Origin: Batkoa obscura
Taxonomy: Eukaryota
Assembly (NCBI GenBank): GCA_030770535.1
Contig: JASVEC010000029.1
Coordinates: forward strand, 372,001 to 436,000
Reading direction: 5' to 3'
DNA: 64,000 nucleotides
The notes under the pieces are model-generated. The model saw only the letters and a program-made list of their open reading frames with translations, was not told the DNA's origin and did no database searches. Positions within the stretch are counted from its first letter, which is position 1, and the number at the start of each line of letters is the position of its first letter. Below are positions 39,847-56,015 of the stretch, piece after piece. A program made the translations under genes and the position numbers.

Positions 39847-42800
39847 ATGAAACTATTAAATTTTAAATCTTGTCCACTATCAATAATAGTTGTATTGTTA
39901 TTCAATTTCCGATTGATACAAAGTATAAAAGAGAGTGAAATATCTAAGAAGTTAAATTTTGGTACATATAAACCTAATTTATATTTTAATCTCAATACTC
40001 CGACAAAAGATTCTAAATTGAACTTTGGTTTGTTATGGCAATCACTTAATTCCATTTCCGATTTTGATAGTAAGTTTAATTACATTCTCTTTCCCCACTT
40101 TTCAAATACTAAGATACAAATTTAATCTTTTTTCTTCTATTTAGAAATCCGATTTTATTGTGAACAAACTGAAGATTTTGATGGTTATGGCTATCTAAAA
40201 CATGACTTTGATAATTTTGGTTATCAAAGGATTACAGATAATTTAACTAAATATCAATTAAATACATATTTTGTAAAAGACGAAGAGTCAAATAAAAGTA
40301 AGTTTAGGTTTTATTAATAATAATAATATTTACATTAATTGTTGATTATTTTTAGATAAATGGTTAGCTAGAGTTAATGGTACTAGTTTAAATTCTGGTA
40401 AGATTATTATATATATATGAATTAGTAATAGTATTTATTTGTTTTATTTCTTGTTCTATTAGATAAAAATCAAATTGCAGTTTATTTTTATATATCGTTG
40501 GAAACAGATGGGGAAGTAGAGATTAAAAAGAATGAAAAAGTAATATTAGTTACTGTTATAATATTAAACATAGTTAACAATATTATTACTAATATTAGGG
40601 ATTAAGTCAATTAATTGGTAATAAAAAGAATATCGGAAGATTTCAAATAGATATTAAAAATGGTAAATAAATAATAAGTTAATTGCTATGTGAATAGCTA
40701 TTAATATTAATATCAATAGAAGGTAATATTCAGGGAAATATTATGGGATTAACTGTTGATCAAGAAAATTTATGGAAAGTAAAAGGTAAATTTAGATAAT
40801 ATAATAACAAATAATATTAATATAATATAATAATAAACAACAGAAATTCTAACAAATGAATTAATCAAAACTGGTAAATTGAAATACGAAAAAATAATTA
40901 AAGAAAATTCCAATCAACAATTCGATATAACTACAATTGATCCAAAATTATTATTTAAATTTAATAAGTTATTAACAAAAAAACAAAATAATTTATTTTT
41001 ATTTCAATTTATTATTGATAAGGAAAAGGAATTTAATGTAAGTTTATATTATTATTATATTATTATTGTTATTATTATTGTTATTATTATTATATAAAAT
41101 ATTTATTAATTATTATTTTATTTAGTTTGATATTTTATTTAATCAATTAAATAATAATGATAATAGCAAGGACAAGGATTTAGATTGTAAGTTTATATTA
41201 TTTAAAATAATAATAATAGTAGTGATAATAGTTTTAGTTAATCAAATAACCAATATAATTAATAACTATGATAAAGAATTTGATAACAAATTCAATATTA
41301 AATTTAATTTAAATGAATATAAAAATAATACTGATTATATTACCTTTGCAAAGTATAGTTTATCAAATCTAATTGGTGGGGTTGGGTAATACAATATAAT
41401 AATAACAATAATCTGTATTTATATTTTATATTAGTTATTTTTATGGTAATAGTTTAGTCAAAATTGAACCTAAACAACAAAATAAAAATATTGATGATGA
41501 GGATGATGATAATGATGATTTCGAAGAATTAAGTGATAATAACGACAATGAAAATGATAATAATAATGATAATAGTAATAATAATGAGGAGGAAGAAGAT
41601 GAATTTCAAGATGAAACGAAATCAAGTAGTGTAATTTTCACTCAGAATATGGAATTATTTACTGCAGTACCTTCAAGACCTTTTTTTCCGAGAGGATTTT
41701 TATGGTAATTAAAATAATATTTTATACTACAACAGTATAGTAATAATAATATAATAATAAATAGGGATGAGGGATTCCATCAATTAATTATATCAGAATT
41801 TAATGGGGATTTAAGGTAATAAACGATATATAAAATAATATTTATTAATTATAATATGATAAATTTATAATTTTAATAGTTTAAAGATCATCCAATCATG
41901 GTTAAATTTAATGGATGAAAATGGATGGATTGGTAGAGAACAAATATTAGGGGACGAAGCTAGATCAAGAGTAATTAATAATAATATAATAATATAATAA
42001 TATAATCAGATTTATTAGGTACCTCCCGAATTTCAAACTCAACATCAAGATTATGCCAATCCGCCAACATTATTTTTAAGTATTGAAAAACTGATATTAA
42101 AATATCAAGAAGAACAAAAATTAAGAAGTTACAATTTATTGAAATATTTAAGTCAGAATCAAAATCAAAATGAAGATAATTATTTAAAAGATAATAATTG
42201 GTTATTGGAATTTTATCCTAAATTAAAACTATATTTTAATTGGTTTTTAAAAACTCAAACTGCAAATGGAAATTTTAATTTTAAATATCAAGGTTTATTG
42301 TTTAAATGGAAAGGTAGAACTAAAGGTCATTGTTTAACTTCAGGTAAAAAAAATCGATGTTAATTTTATAATTGTAATAATTGTAAATTAATATTCTAAT
42401 TTATTTAGGTTTATATGATTATCCACGACCTACAGTATCTAATAATGAAGCTCATGTAGATTTATTATCATGGGTTGGTTACATGAGTAAAATATTAAAA
42501 AATATAGCTAAAGAATTAAATTATAAAAAAGACGAAAAATATTTTGAAGAAAAATTTAATATTATTAAAAACAATTTAATTAGTAAGATAAAGAATAATA
42601 TTAATTTATAATATTAATTTTTTTTATTAGAAGTTCATTGGAATCAAAAAGAAACCATGTTTTGTGATGTTACAATAGACAACGATAATAGTAAGCTTAT
42701 TATATTATGATATATATATATAATTAAACAATAAATTAAATATTAATTAAAATAGTAAAAATTCAACATACATGTCATAGAGGATATATAAGTTTAATTC

Positions 42801-43245
42801 CTCTTATAACTGGATTGATTACTAAAGAAGACAAAGAATATAATTCAATTATTGAATTAATTAAAAACGAATTATGGAGTGAATATGGAATATTAAGTTT
42901 AAGTTCTAAAGATAATAATTATTTAACTAAAGAACAATATTGGCGTGGTCCAGTTTGGTTGAATATCAATTATTTGATATTAAAAATGTTGAATGAAAAT
43001 TTAGAAGATAAAAAAATTAAGAAAATTTATTATGAATTGAGAAAGAATTTAATTGAAAATATGGTAGAAGTAAGGAAAATTTGAATATTGTATTAAATAA
43101 GTTTATTTATCTATTGTTTTAGAATTATAAAAAAACTGGATTTATATTTGAATCCTATGAACCAATAAATGGATATGGTAAAGGCACTAAACCATTCACT
43201 GGTTGGTCTAGTTTAATTTTATTGATTATGGCGGAAAAGTATTAA
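39847..43245 (+). CDS. CWH41: Mannosyl-oligosaccharide glucosidase I (GH63), many exons
   Basis: [80 protein letters not shown]. Confidence 0.93.
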
Positions 43246-43729
43246 TAATAAAATTTTATTATTAATATTAGCTACCTTTACTATTTTCTATTGTGTAAAT
43301 TTATTACATTATTAATAGTAAAGTTTAATATATTTTAAGTTGTGAAAAAATTAAGCTACTTATTTACTATAAGAATAAACTATGGCAAATAATCAAAACG
43401 TGATATAAATTCCTATTAATTTCTATTGCATTTAATAATTTTATATAATTAGTATATGAATAAATAAAGAATATAATATACTAAAAATGATGATTTGGCC
43501 TTTTTTATTCTTAATTTTATCAACCAACTCATTCACATATTTTATACCTTTGTTTAATTGGTCAAAATTATCAATTTGCAACAAAATTTGACACAAGTGA
43601 CGGTGTATTGGTTAAGTTTTACAATAAAAAATAAACTCAAAAATAAAGTATAAATAAGAAAATTATAAACAAAAATATTCTTTTTTCTTTTATTTAATAA
43701 TTCAAATTATAAAAATAGGAGATAAAAAT

Positions 43730-46469
43730 ATGGATAAATTTACACCAAAGGATTTGTTATCCCCTTCATTATCAGAAGAGCTTGTAGATTCTAATGATAA
43801 GGGATTAGCTTCTCCTTTCTTTACTTACCAATTAAATAAATCTATTCAATCCGTAAGATTTGTAATTGATTCATATAAGTTTAACAAGGTTAATGGTATT
43901 TTTTTATAGGAAAATGCTAAGTTGTTTGCCCATCATCAATTTGACCAGACCAGTAAACTTAAGCCTGAAGATTTTCGTAGTTTAAGTAGCGAAGTTTTGG
44001 AGAAATTATCAGAAAATTTTGCAAAAACTAGTTTACAGGGTAATATTCATCTCGTTAACTTGAACTGATCAAAATTAACAATCATAAAACCTTTCTATAG
44101 AAAATCAACTTCAAGAAGAATTAACCGAATTATTAAATACTTTGAAGAAATGTTGTCAACTTCGTCAAAAACATATCAATGCTTCTTTACAAAATATCAA
44201 TGATGGTCCTCAAAACAAAGAGGATTGGGAAATTTATCCACCTCCACCTCCACCTCATTGGTCCCCTAAAGATAGTCCTTCTTCTCATCCTGATAATCGA
44301 TTTCATTTTGAAGATTGTAAAATTCCTGAGGAATGTTCGGTAAGGATTATAATTTATTATTATAAAATAATTGTTAATACTTTTTATAATAGAAAGTATT
44401 TGGTATGGATGATGCAGGTCTTTATAGAGTTTATAATTCTCAAGAAGGTAAAAAAAATACAAAAAAATAGAATTACAATTTAATACTGATACTTTTAATT
44501 AATTAGATCTTGAAAATGGAAAATATTTATATGAAGTACCCAGTATCAAAGAACATTTTTCAGACTTAGAATTTATATTACAAATTATATCCGATGGACC
44601 AATTAAATCATTTGCTTATCGTCGTATTCGTTATTTAGAATCTAAATTTCAATTATATTCTTTGTTGAATGAATATCAAGAATTAGCTGCATCAAAGGTA
44701 ATTTGAGTTTTAAATTATTTTATTATATTAAATAAACTTTGTTTTAGGGTGTACCTCATCGTGATTTTTATAATGTACGTAAGGTGGATACTCATATTCA
44801 TCATTCTGCTTGTATGAATCAAAAACATTTATTACGTTTTATTAAAGCTAAATTAAAGAAATGTCCAGATGTAAGTATCATTTTATTAATTTTACTATAA
44901 AAATGTTAATTTAATTAGGATGTAGTTATCTTCCGTGATAATAAGCATTTAACTTTAGCCCAAGTATTTGAATCACTTAATTTAACTTCCTATGATTTAA
45001 GTATTGATACTTTAGATATGCATGTAAATATAATATATTCTATCTATGTGTATAAATGATTAACGTTTTTTTAGGCTCATAAAGATTCTTTCCATCGATT
45101 TGATAAATTTAATTTAAAATATAATCCAATTGGAGAATCACGTCTTAGAGAAATTTTCTTAAAAACTGATAATTATGTTAAAGGAAAGTATTTAGCTGAA
45201 CTTACTAAAGAAGTAGTCAATGATCTTGAATCTAGTAAATATCAAATGGCTGAATATCGTTTATCAATTTATGGAAGAACAGCAGATGAATGGGATAAAC
45301 TTGCAGAATGGGTAATTGATAATGAATTAGTATTTCATAATGTACGTTGGTTAATTCAATTACCAAGATTGTATAATGTGTATCATTCTTCTGGAAATGT
45401 ACAAAATTTTGAAGATGTAATTCGAAATGTATTTAAACCTTTATATGAGGTAACTCAAAATCCAAAGTCTCATCCAAAACTTCATGTATTTTTACAAAGG
45501 GTAGTAGGATTTGATAGTGTAGATGATGAAAGTAAACCAGAGAGAAGAATTCATCATAAATTTCCATTACCTAAACAATGGGATACTAGACATAATCCAC
45601 CTTATTCTTATTATATTTATTTTATGTATGCTAATTTAGTAAGTTTAAATCATTGGAGAAAAGATCGTAATTTTAATACCTTTATGTTACGTCCACATTC
45701 TGGCGAAGCTGGTGATACAGATCATTTAGCTTCTACCTTTTTAACTTCTTTTGGTATTAGTCATGGTATTTTATTACGTAAAGTACCAGTATTACAATAT
45801 CTATTTTATTTGGAACAGATACCTATTCATATGTCACCTTTAAGCAATAATGCTTTATTTTTAAATTATGAACGTAATCCATTCCATTCTTACTTCCAAA
45901 GAGGCTTAAATGTCAGTTTATCTACAGATGATCCTTTACAGTTTCATTTTACAAAAGAACCTTTAATTGAAGAATATTCTGTTGCAGCACAAATTTGGAA
46001 ATTATCTCCAACAGATATGTGTGAAATATCAAGAAATTCTGTATTACAATCTGGGTTTGAGTTAAATATTAAAAAACATTGGTTAGGTGAAAATTGTCAT
46101 AAACCTGGTCCAATGGGTAATAATGTACAAAAAACAAATGTACCTGATATCAGAGTTTCTTATCGTTATGAAACTTGGATGGATGAAGTTAATATGATTA
46201 AACATCAAGGTATTATTAAATCTATGCCAGGTTCTGGAAGTTTAAATTCCCCTTTAACGGATTTTAATTTGGGAATGCCTAAATTAAATTTGGATCATCA
46301 TACAGGTAACTCAGGGTTAACTAATCAACATAAATTTACTCATCCTATTGAAGCTACCGCTGCTATGTTAGTACCTGGACTTATTAAATCACCTAATATT
46401 GCTATTGCTCGTAAATTAGCTCAAGAAGATGGTATGGAAAACTTTAATGATGATGATTGTGAAATTTAA
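43730..46469 (+). CDS. AMD1: AMP deaminase (multi-exon)
   Basis: [52 protein letters not shown]. Confidence 0.97.
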
Positions 46470-47352
46470 TTAATTTTGTAAAAAAAATTATAGATTAAAA
46501 TACACTATGATAAAGTTATTTTGTATATTAAATAAAAACTTCTTTTTTGTATCAGTTACTATTAATTTTAATTCCATTATTTGGATTAAGAGATCGTTAA
46601 TTATGACGATTTGTATTTTTATTTATAAAATAAACTATTTAAAAAATTAAAAATAAAACATCAAATATAAAATTTGTAACTTTTAATATACAACTAACTC
46701 AACAGGCTACATTATAGTAATACATTAATTAAATAAGTACAAATACAGAAGTTACACATTCATAGTCAACAGCAGCACAATCTAATAAAAATAGAATTAA
46801 TATCTCAACTTAAAAAAGTTTAAAAATATAAAATCAAATATTATAGAGATTCCCAACTTCTTAATGTTTTAAAAAATCATTGTTTCATTGAGTTTTACAT
46901 TAATTTATAATCATTTCAAACTGAAATAATTGTTATAAAAAAATAAAACTTACATTGTTTTGTTGCATCTGACGGGTATAGGTAGGTTCTAGGTTTATAT
47001 TGAAAGAAGTTGCAATTTGTTCTCGAAATTAAACATATTATAGCTGACACATAAAGGTGGTCATTGAAATTGGTTCATAAACTCATGTAAATTGGTACAA
47101 TCCCCCTTACACATACCCTTTCAATTAAAACAAGTGTCCCAAGAACCGAATGGATGAAGTAAAAACTTAGCTTAATAATTGATATTAATAAAATTCCCTT
47201 ATTATAAATTAATTTTAATATGATTATAGGATTCGTTAGTTTTCTAAAATCTTATTATCACTAAAATTCTATTTTGAAGAATTTAAAGCGACCGGACGGG
47301 TTCGATTCCTGGATATTACATACTAAGTTTACTCATCTGTTAAAAATTTGTA

Positions 47353-48285
47353 TTAAAAATGGGCTACCTCATTATCCAAAGTCATAAAATTTAGGTTGAT
47401 GTTATTAATACTATCATCTTCATAAATATCATAAACTGTTGTTGTATTATTAATAATACTAATATTATCTAACATAATAAAAAATTCAAAATATGGATCA
47501 TAGATAGTACTATTTAGCAAAAAATGCGTCAAATGATTCAAAAATACCAAATTCAATCGAATAAATACATTCTTAATTTCTGTTCTAATTATTTCATTGC
47601 TGTGGATTCGATTCTTGTACAACATTTTATAAGCTTGATTTTCATTCAACTTGCCCCTAACAATCCTCCTAACCAGCTTTTTCAAACAAAAACCATTTCA
47701 ACCCAGTATCAAAGATACTTAATAGGTATCATGTTAGTGTGTTATTACGATCTAAGTCTTTAGTTAGTAATAGCTACCTTTTTCCATATTCCTCCATAAC
47801 TTTATTTAAATTCAACTTGAACAATTAAGTAAATATCGAATACTCATTCCCTTTCAACTCTATATAAGATTTAGTTCCTTTCTACTTTTCCCATAATTTT
47901 AATATCTAGTTTAGTAACTCGCCTCTTCTGGTTTTATGGTTGGGAAGCTTCTGTTGATCGAAAAATACTCTTCGAAAGTTTCGTTATTTTCCTGTAGTTT
48001 GATGTCATCTTGACTATTGAATTTTTGAATTTATATCTTTTCTATTAATCGCTGTCCTTTTTTCGGTTTAAATATTTCTCCTGAATACCCCAAGATAATT
48101 AATAATTCATAATACATAGTTTAAATTTATTGTTCGCTAATCAAAAATAAAAGTTAAAACTGAACTTGGAGATTTTAAAGTGACGTTTGGATTTAAAAAA
48201 AAAATTTAAAAATTGCAATCCAAATTCAAAATGAACTAAAGTTAAATATTTGATTAGTAAATTATTTTTATAATCAAAACCCTAA
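47353..48285 (-). pseudogene. Inverted, decayed partial duplicate of the GCP4-like gene including its upstream DNA
   Basis: ATG at 48117, MYYELLIILGYSGEIF, mirrors 35878; IYDPYFEFFIMLDN..IYEDDSINNINLNF matches; frameshifts and stops; upstream similarity to ~35720-35877. Confidence 0.88.
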
Positions 48286-48457
48286 AATCAATTGGCATGA
48301 TATAAGGTAAGATAAAACAAAAGTGACTTGTAAATACAATGGTTATAGTACGTTGAGATTCCATAAACAAAGTTAATGACCTAAAGAAAATATACATTGA
48401 ACAAAAAATGATAGACTCAAAATAAACCATTAATTAATTTTAAATCTTTGATTATAT

Positions 48458-48554
48458 GGGGATATATTTTTGTTTAAGAATTTTACTAACAATCTTTCCA
48501 CTCAAATAGCGCTTAAAAGATGGAAAAAGTGATGAAGCCAAAAAAAACATCCCC
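48458..48554 (-). mobile_element. MITE family 1, copy G
   Basis: ATAT-GGGGATAT...AAACATCCCC-ATAT. Confidence 0.9.
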
Positions 48555-48978
48555 ATATGAATATTTTTTAGTTGATCTCTCTTTTCATGAAATATACCTA
48601 GAACACTAGCAAATAGAATATTATTTTTTTTATTTCAAAATTTCATGCCATAAAGCCATCTTTTTCTGTTATGTATATAAATAAAGGTGGTTTTGTCCGT
48701 CGCCATCTAACAATAAACAAAATAACACTAATGCTATACTAGTCTTCTGTTGTTCTAAAATATTTAATGATTGATAAAACTATTTGTACATTAAAACCTT
48801 AATGAATTATAATTCCAATTTCAAAAAAAGTAATGAATACTTACATAAAATTTTTAAATGTTTATTAATATATTTTTAAAAATTATAAGTAATAATTTTA
48901 ATTTAATGATGCACATCTATCTCTCTATTAAGAGGCTCAAGATGCCTTTTTATAATATATTAGATTCGTTAGGTTAGT

Positions 48979-51094
<2,116 letters not shown>

Positions 51095-51463
51095 GATATA
51101 AATTTATCTCAAGAAAAAGAGAGAGTAGTCTAAATTCTAATTTTTGATTAAACTATGACTACTTTTTGGATTGTTTTATTTTATAATTTCCTATTTTTCG
51201 ATTAGATCATAAATTCTTTGAAAAATTGCTAAGAATTGAGTTTTGGGGAAATTTAAATTCTTGAAGTAGCAAATTAATTCACTTTTTTTCTGGAATCGCT
51301 CGATAATAATTTGCTTACAATAGCTTGGGCTAAATGGCTTTAACTTTGGATAGATTTTGCTTTAAAATAAAACCAATAAGAGTAAGAAATTTATTCTAAT
51401 TAATGAGAGGGATTCGCTAATGAGCGTCGTTTTCTCGGATTTCAAAATATCCTTAAGTAGTCA

Positions 51464-51478
51464 CTTCTAGAATTTTCT
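51464..51478. promoter_or_regulatory. Heat-shock element upstream of SSC1
   Basis: TTCtaGAAttTTC (three alternating nGAAn units) ~370 bp upstream of the ATG; extra TTCnnGAA at 51258 and 51288. Confidence 0.55.
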
Positions 51479-52454
51479 AATAGAATCTGATATGATTAAG
51501 TTTTGATTAATTGATTATTACAAGTTATACCACTATTTATTGATAATATTAGTATAGAAAAAGGACACATAGAATGAATACCTTACAAAAGTATATATAA
51601 ATAACAATGATAAGGATATAGAAAATCTAGATCAAAAATGTATTAAAATTATACGTTTAGCTATTTAGTGTAAGGTTTTTTTAAATGTTTTTACTACATG
51701 GTATTTTATTGGGAAACCATTGGCTGAGAAAGGAAGCCGTGGTGCGCAGCCTTATTTTATTTTTGAAAGGAAAATATTTACAAAAGCTAAAATCAACTTA
51801 TTTGAAAGTAAAATTTAAGGGAGTCAACCTCCGATTAGGTTTATCCCTATAGGCTAAGTAAGCCAACTATACTTGACTTACTATCAGATCTGACAATCCT
51901 AAAACTCGAAGAAATTGGTATGTCCCAATAAATATATGGATGTGTATGAAATTATTATGTTTGTATTTATCTTTTAGTCCATTATTCTTTTTTTACTTTA
52001 TATTTAATTGAAACAGAGTATGGTAATTAGACTCTTTTTTAAATAACTATCCAGTATATTTCAGGCCAAAAATCCTGCCCAAAAATTACACTTATTTAAG
52101 CAAAGACAACGAAATTATCTTAATTATGTATTTTAACTTCAATAGTTGATAAACAAATGAAGTATTGTTATATCATAGCTATTGCTTACCTGAGGGGTTA
52201 TTATTATATATGTCTAAGAAGTAAATTCATTGTTAGTTTTAAGGGATAGAAAAGCTTAAATTAATTTGATTAAAAAGTTGCCATATTCCTTTATTAGCTA
52301 ATAATTTGGTAGAAAAAAGTCAAAAATCAAAAATCAATTCAAGAATTTCAAAAATGATCATTTCTAATGATTTGAGTTTATTTAATCAATATTGAATATT
52401 TTAAGACATCCATTTGTACATTTTTATAGGAAAAATACATAGTTTATACGGGAA

Positions 52455-54746
52455 ATGCTAAAAATTAAAAAAGAGCACTGGCCTAGGGTGCCTAAAATCC
52501 TCAAAGATGAAGTTCAAGGTCAAATATATAAAAGAGAAGAAAAGATAGGAGAGGTAATTAACATGTTATTAAAACTCAATCCTTTTAAAATGTTAAAAAG
52601 GGAGGATTCAGTAAATGTTACCGAGTAACCAATGTTCAGAATAAGAGACAGTTTTGCTGCAAAGTCACCCTCAAGCAAAACCTTGATACAGGGCCAAGGA
52701 AAGCACAGGTAAACAAGCTTTTAGGAATAAATTTAATATTGATTAATGTTTCTAGCTGAGACAAGAAATAAAAGCTATGGCTCGTTTAAATCACCCAAAT
52801 ATTGCCAAATATGAAGGCTGTTTTCATGATTCTACTTTTATTTACATTCTAATTGAACTGTGCGAGAATGGAGATCTAAATCAATTGATTAAAAGAAGGA
52901 ACGGACTTACAGATTGTGAAGTAAGATATTTTGCTTTGCAGATAAGGATTGCATTAGAGTATATGCATACATGTAACATTATACACCGGGATCTTAAACC
53001 AGGTAATATATTGATTACAAAAGATATGAAAGTCAAAATTTCGGATTTTGGTTTAGCAGCAATTTGTAGTGATAGAAAAGAACTTAGGAAAACATTTTGT
53101 GGTACACCAAATTATGCTGCGCCAGAGATGTTTACTACAACTTCCCACCATAACAATAGTGTGGACTTTTGGTCCTTTGGTGTTTTACTTTATACCATGA
53201 GATATAAAACGCCGCCATTTAATGCAAAAACTGATGTAGGTATAGTTAGAAATCTTATCCGCGTTAAACTAAAATTTCCTGGCGAGCCTAGCGAGAGTCT
53301 TCAACTTAAAAATCTAATAGTTCAACTATTGACACCTCAACCACTCAATAGGCCAGCTATAGATGATATCAAAGATCATGAGTTTTTTAAAGGATATACT
53401 CCCATGTATCTCCCACTTACAGTATTAGAGCGCAAACTTTCATTAAAACAAATTGCCGAGTGGGATAATTATATGAAAGGAACGGTACTTAAACGCTCCA
53501 ATGGTAAAGAAATTGATGAATCGGATTTTGAAAAAGGAGGCCACGCGCTAAGTCATGTAGATAATAACGAAAGGATAAATCAAGATACAAACGATTCGCT
53601 TATTAATTTAATCAGAACAGAAAATAATTTATTAAAAAGGAAATATTCGTCATCTGGATCAACAGAATCGGAAAAGTATGGAGAAACCAATAAAAAAAAC
53701 TTATCCATGAGTAAAGATGACAGACCAATGCCTAAAACTACAACCATGGAAAATAAAGAAAAAAGCTTTACCAGAAATGTTAATGAAAATAATGAAACAA
53801 TACTACAAAGAGATCTCTTATTGAAGGACGAGGAGATAATTAAAAAGATCAAAAGTGGAATATCAAGGATTACGGATGTATTTAAAACAGTTTTTGATTA
53901 TGAGAACAAGGCACCTTATGGCAATAAAATTGATTTAGAAAAGTCACATGCTGGAGATAAACTTTACTTAGAGCTTATGGATTTAAAAGAAGAAGAATTT
54001 AAGATACCAAACCATATAACTCATTATTATAGCTATGGAAATCGGTTCGGTTTTGCACATAACTTTGTAAATAACGTAAAAGCGGTACAATACCCAGATC
54101 ATTCTACTTTGAACACTGCCAATTTTGAAGGGGTAACTCGAACTCAATATTGTTACATATCAGATGGATTGGCCATCAATGAGAAAGACAAAAGGCTGAT
54201 TGAGACTGAAATGCAAACTACTTTAAAGAAAAAAAGCGAAATATTAAAAAATTATATTGAAAAGTTTTCGGATGTAATTAAAGAAATTCCTGATGTAATT
54301 TATACTCAAAAATGCGACTATGATTACAAAATTAATGAATTGAAAGAGAATTTACATGTGATTAAATCGTTCAAAACTTCACAGTATGTCGTGTTTGTGT
54401 TTTATAATGAAGATGTTCAGGTAATTTATACTTCTTAGAAACTAAAAACATGTTAAACTTTATATAGGTAATGTTGACAAATAAAAGTACATTTTATTTT
54501 TCCCAAAATAGTCAACAAGTGACTTTAATATTAAATAATAATATTGGCTATATTTACTCTACCGTTCAGTTAGTTAGACAATTGGTTGAATACAAATCAC
54601 ATGTTGACAATAAGCAAATAGAATTCAAAGAAAAGCTACACTATCCAATTTCTAGAACAAAGCTGTTAAAGGATTTTTGGTATTCTATACAACTACTGGG
54701 ACACTTAAATGTTAAAGTTAATCAAGACGAAAACTTGAAAGCATGA
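52455..54746 (+). CDS. Polo-like Ser/Thr kinase with a divergent polo-box region (multi-exon; start uncertain)
   Basis: IGE/GGFSKCY, ELCENG, HRDLKPGN, DFG, KTFCGTPNYAAPE; degenerate polo box ITHYYSYGNRFGFAH. Confidence 0.8.
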
Positions 54747-55399
54747 AGTGACTGCTATAGTATGTTATCTTGTGAAATACACTTTTATACCGTATTTTTT
54801 GATACTGACTTTTTGGTTACAGACGCTTGTTTTAAGATTTTAGAGATATAAATCGATTAGCACAAAGACTGTTTTTAAAAATAAAAAACAGCTTATTTAT
54901 TTTTTATACATATTTCATTTATATAAAAATTGATGTGTCGATTTCGATTTACTCAAATATATTCAAATGTTATAATATATATTTAATGATTGTTAAGTTT
55001 ACTAGGTAACAAATAGCAGTTCTCATATAGATATATCAAGGGCTAAAGTAATGGAAGTTTTGATTTAATGTGACAGATTAACAACCAACTTAATAAAATA
55101 AATAACTAACACAGTAATGTTCCAATCCAAAGTAGAGTATTTGAATAATTAAAGAATTTATAAGCTCTGTTACAGACTTAATGACTTATGACTAAACAAT
55201 TCATTGGTAATCAATCTGGTTTCAAATAGAATTTTAAAGTTTCGCTAATCAATTAATATAAGGCTGGTATTAAAATAAGACATCAGCTTTGATTAATCAA
55301 AAGCCATTAAAGATCACTATCATTAAAATCTTAAACCGTTGAAGTCTGAATTATTTAAAATACTAAAAACTTTGATTTGATATACTAAGGTGTATATAT

Positions 55400-55496
55400 G
55401 GGGATGTATTTTTTGTTTAAAAATTTTACTAACAATCTTTCTGCTGAAATAGCGCTCAAAAGATGGAAAAAGTGATAAAGCCAAAAAAACACCCCC
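55400..55496 (-). mobile_element. MITE family 1, copy H
   Basis: ATAT-GGGGATGT...AAACACCCCC-ATAT. Confidence 0.9.
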
Positions 55497-55725
55497 ATAT
55501 CCTATCACAATTTGAGCATTTAGTATTTGAAAAAATTAAGGTAAAATACTACAAGCTTATTTTTGAAAATTAAAAATCAAAAAACGGCAATGATCATTTA
55601 ACTAATATTAATATATTACAAAAGTTATTTATAATGGTAGTGCCATGCCGAAGTCAATAAATACTGACAACATACCAACTTAAGTTTACCTTAAATGGTA
55701 TGCTTTAGATTAGTTGTTGCTCTTA

Positions 55726-56015
55726 GAGCATCCCTAATCGTAGAGCAAAAAAATTCTGAAATTGCGCTTTTTGACATTGTTATTTCAAAATTACTAATTT
55801 TTATTTTAAAACATCCCCAGCAGTAAATAATTTGAAATGGGATTTCTGTTAAAAATTTTGCTAAAAAGTATAAGACTTGAGAAGTGTTTAAAATTTTTTT
55901 CAAAAAAATGTGATTTCAGCAACTCAGGATAAGCTAATCATTAGGGCTAAAAATCTTCAAGTTTTGTGCCATTTTAGCTTTTTACCGCTTACTAGTTTTA
56001 TGATTAGGGATGCTT
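55726..56015. mobile_element. Tourist/PIF-Harbinger-like MITE (290 bp)
   Basis: TTA-GAGCATCCCTAATCGTAGAGC ... GTTTTATGATTAGGGATGCTT-TTA: imperfect 21-bp TIRs with a 3-bp TTA duplication. Confidence 0.72.

Noticed and set aside
46950..47170. Relatively GC-rich patch between AMD1 and the GCP4 duplicate
   Set aside because: No open frame, RNA motif or repeat partner found
51700..51930. GC-richer patch between SSC1 and the Polo kinase, considered as an ncRNA (RNase P/MRP, snRNA)
   Set aside because: No conserved motifs recognised
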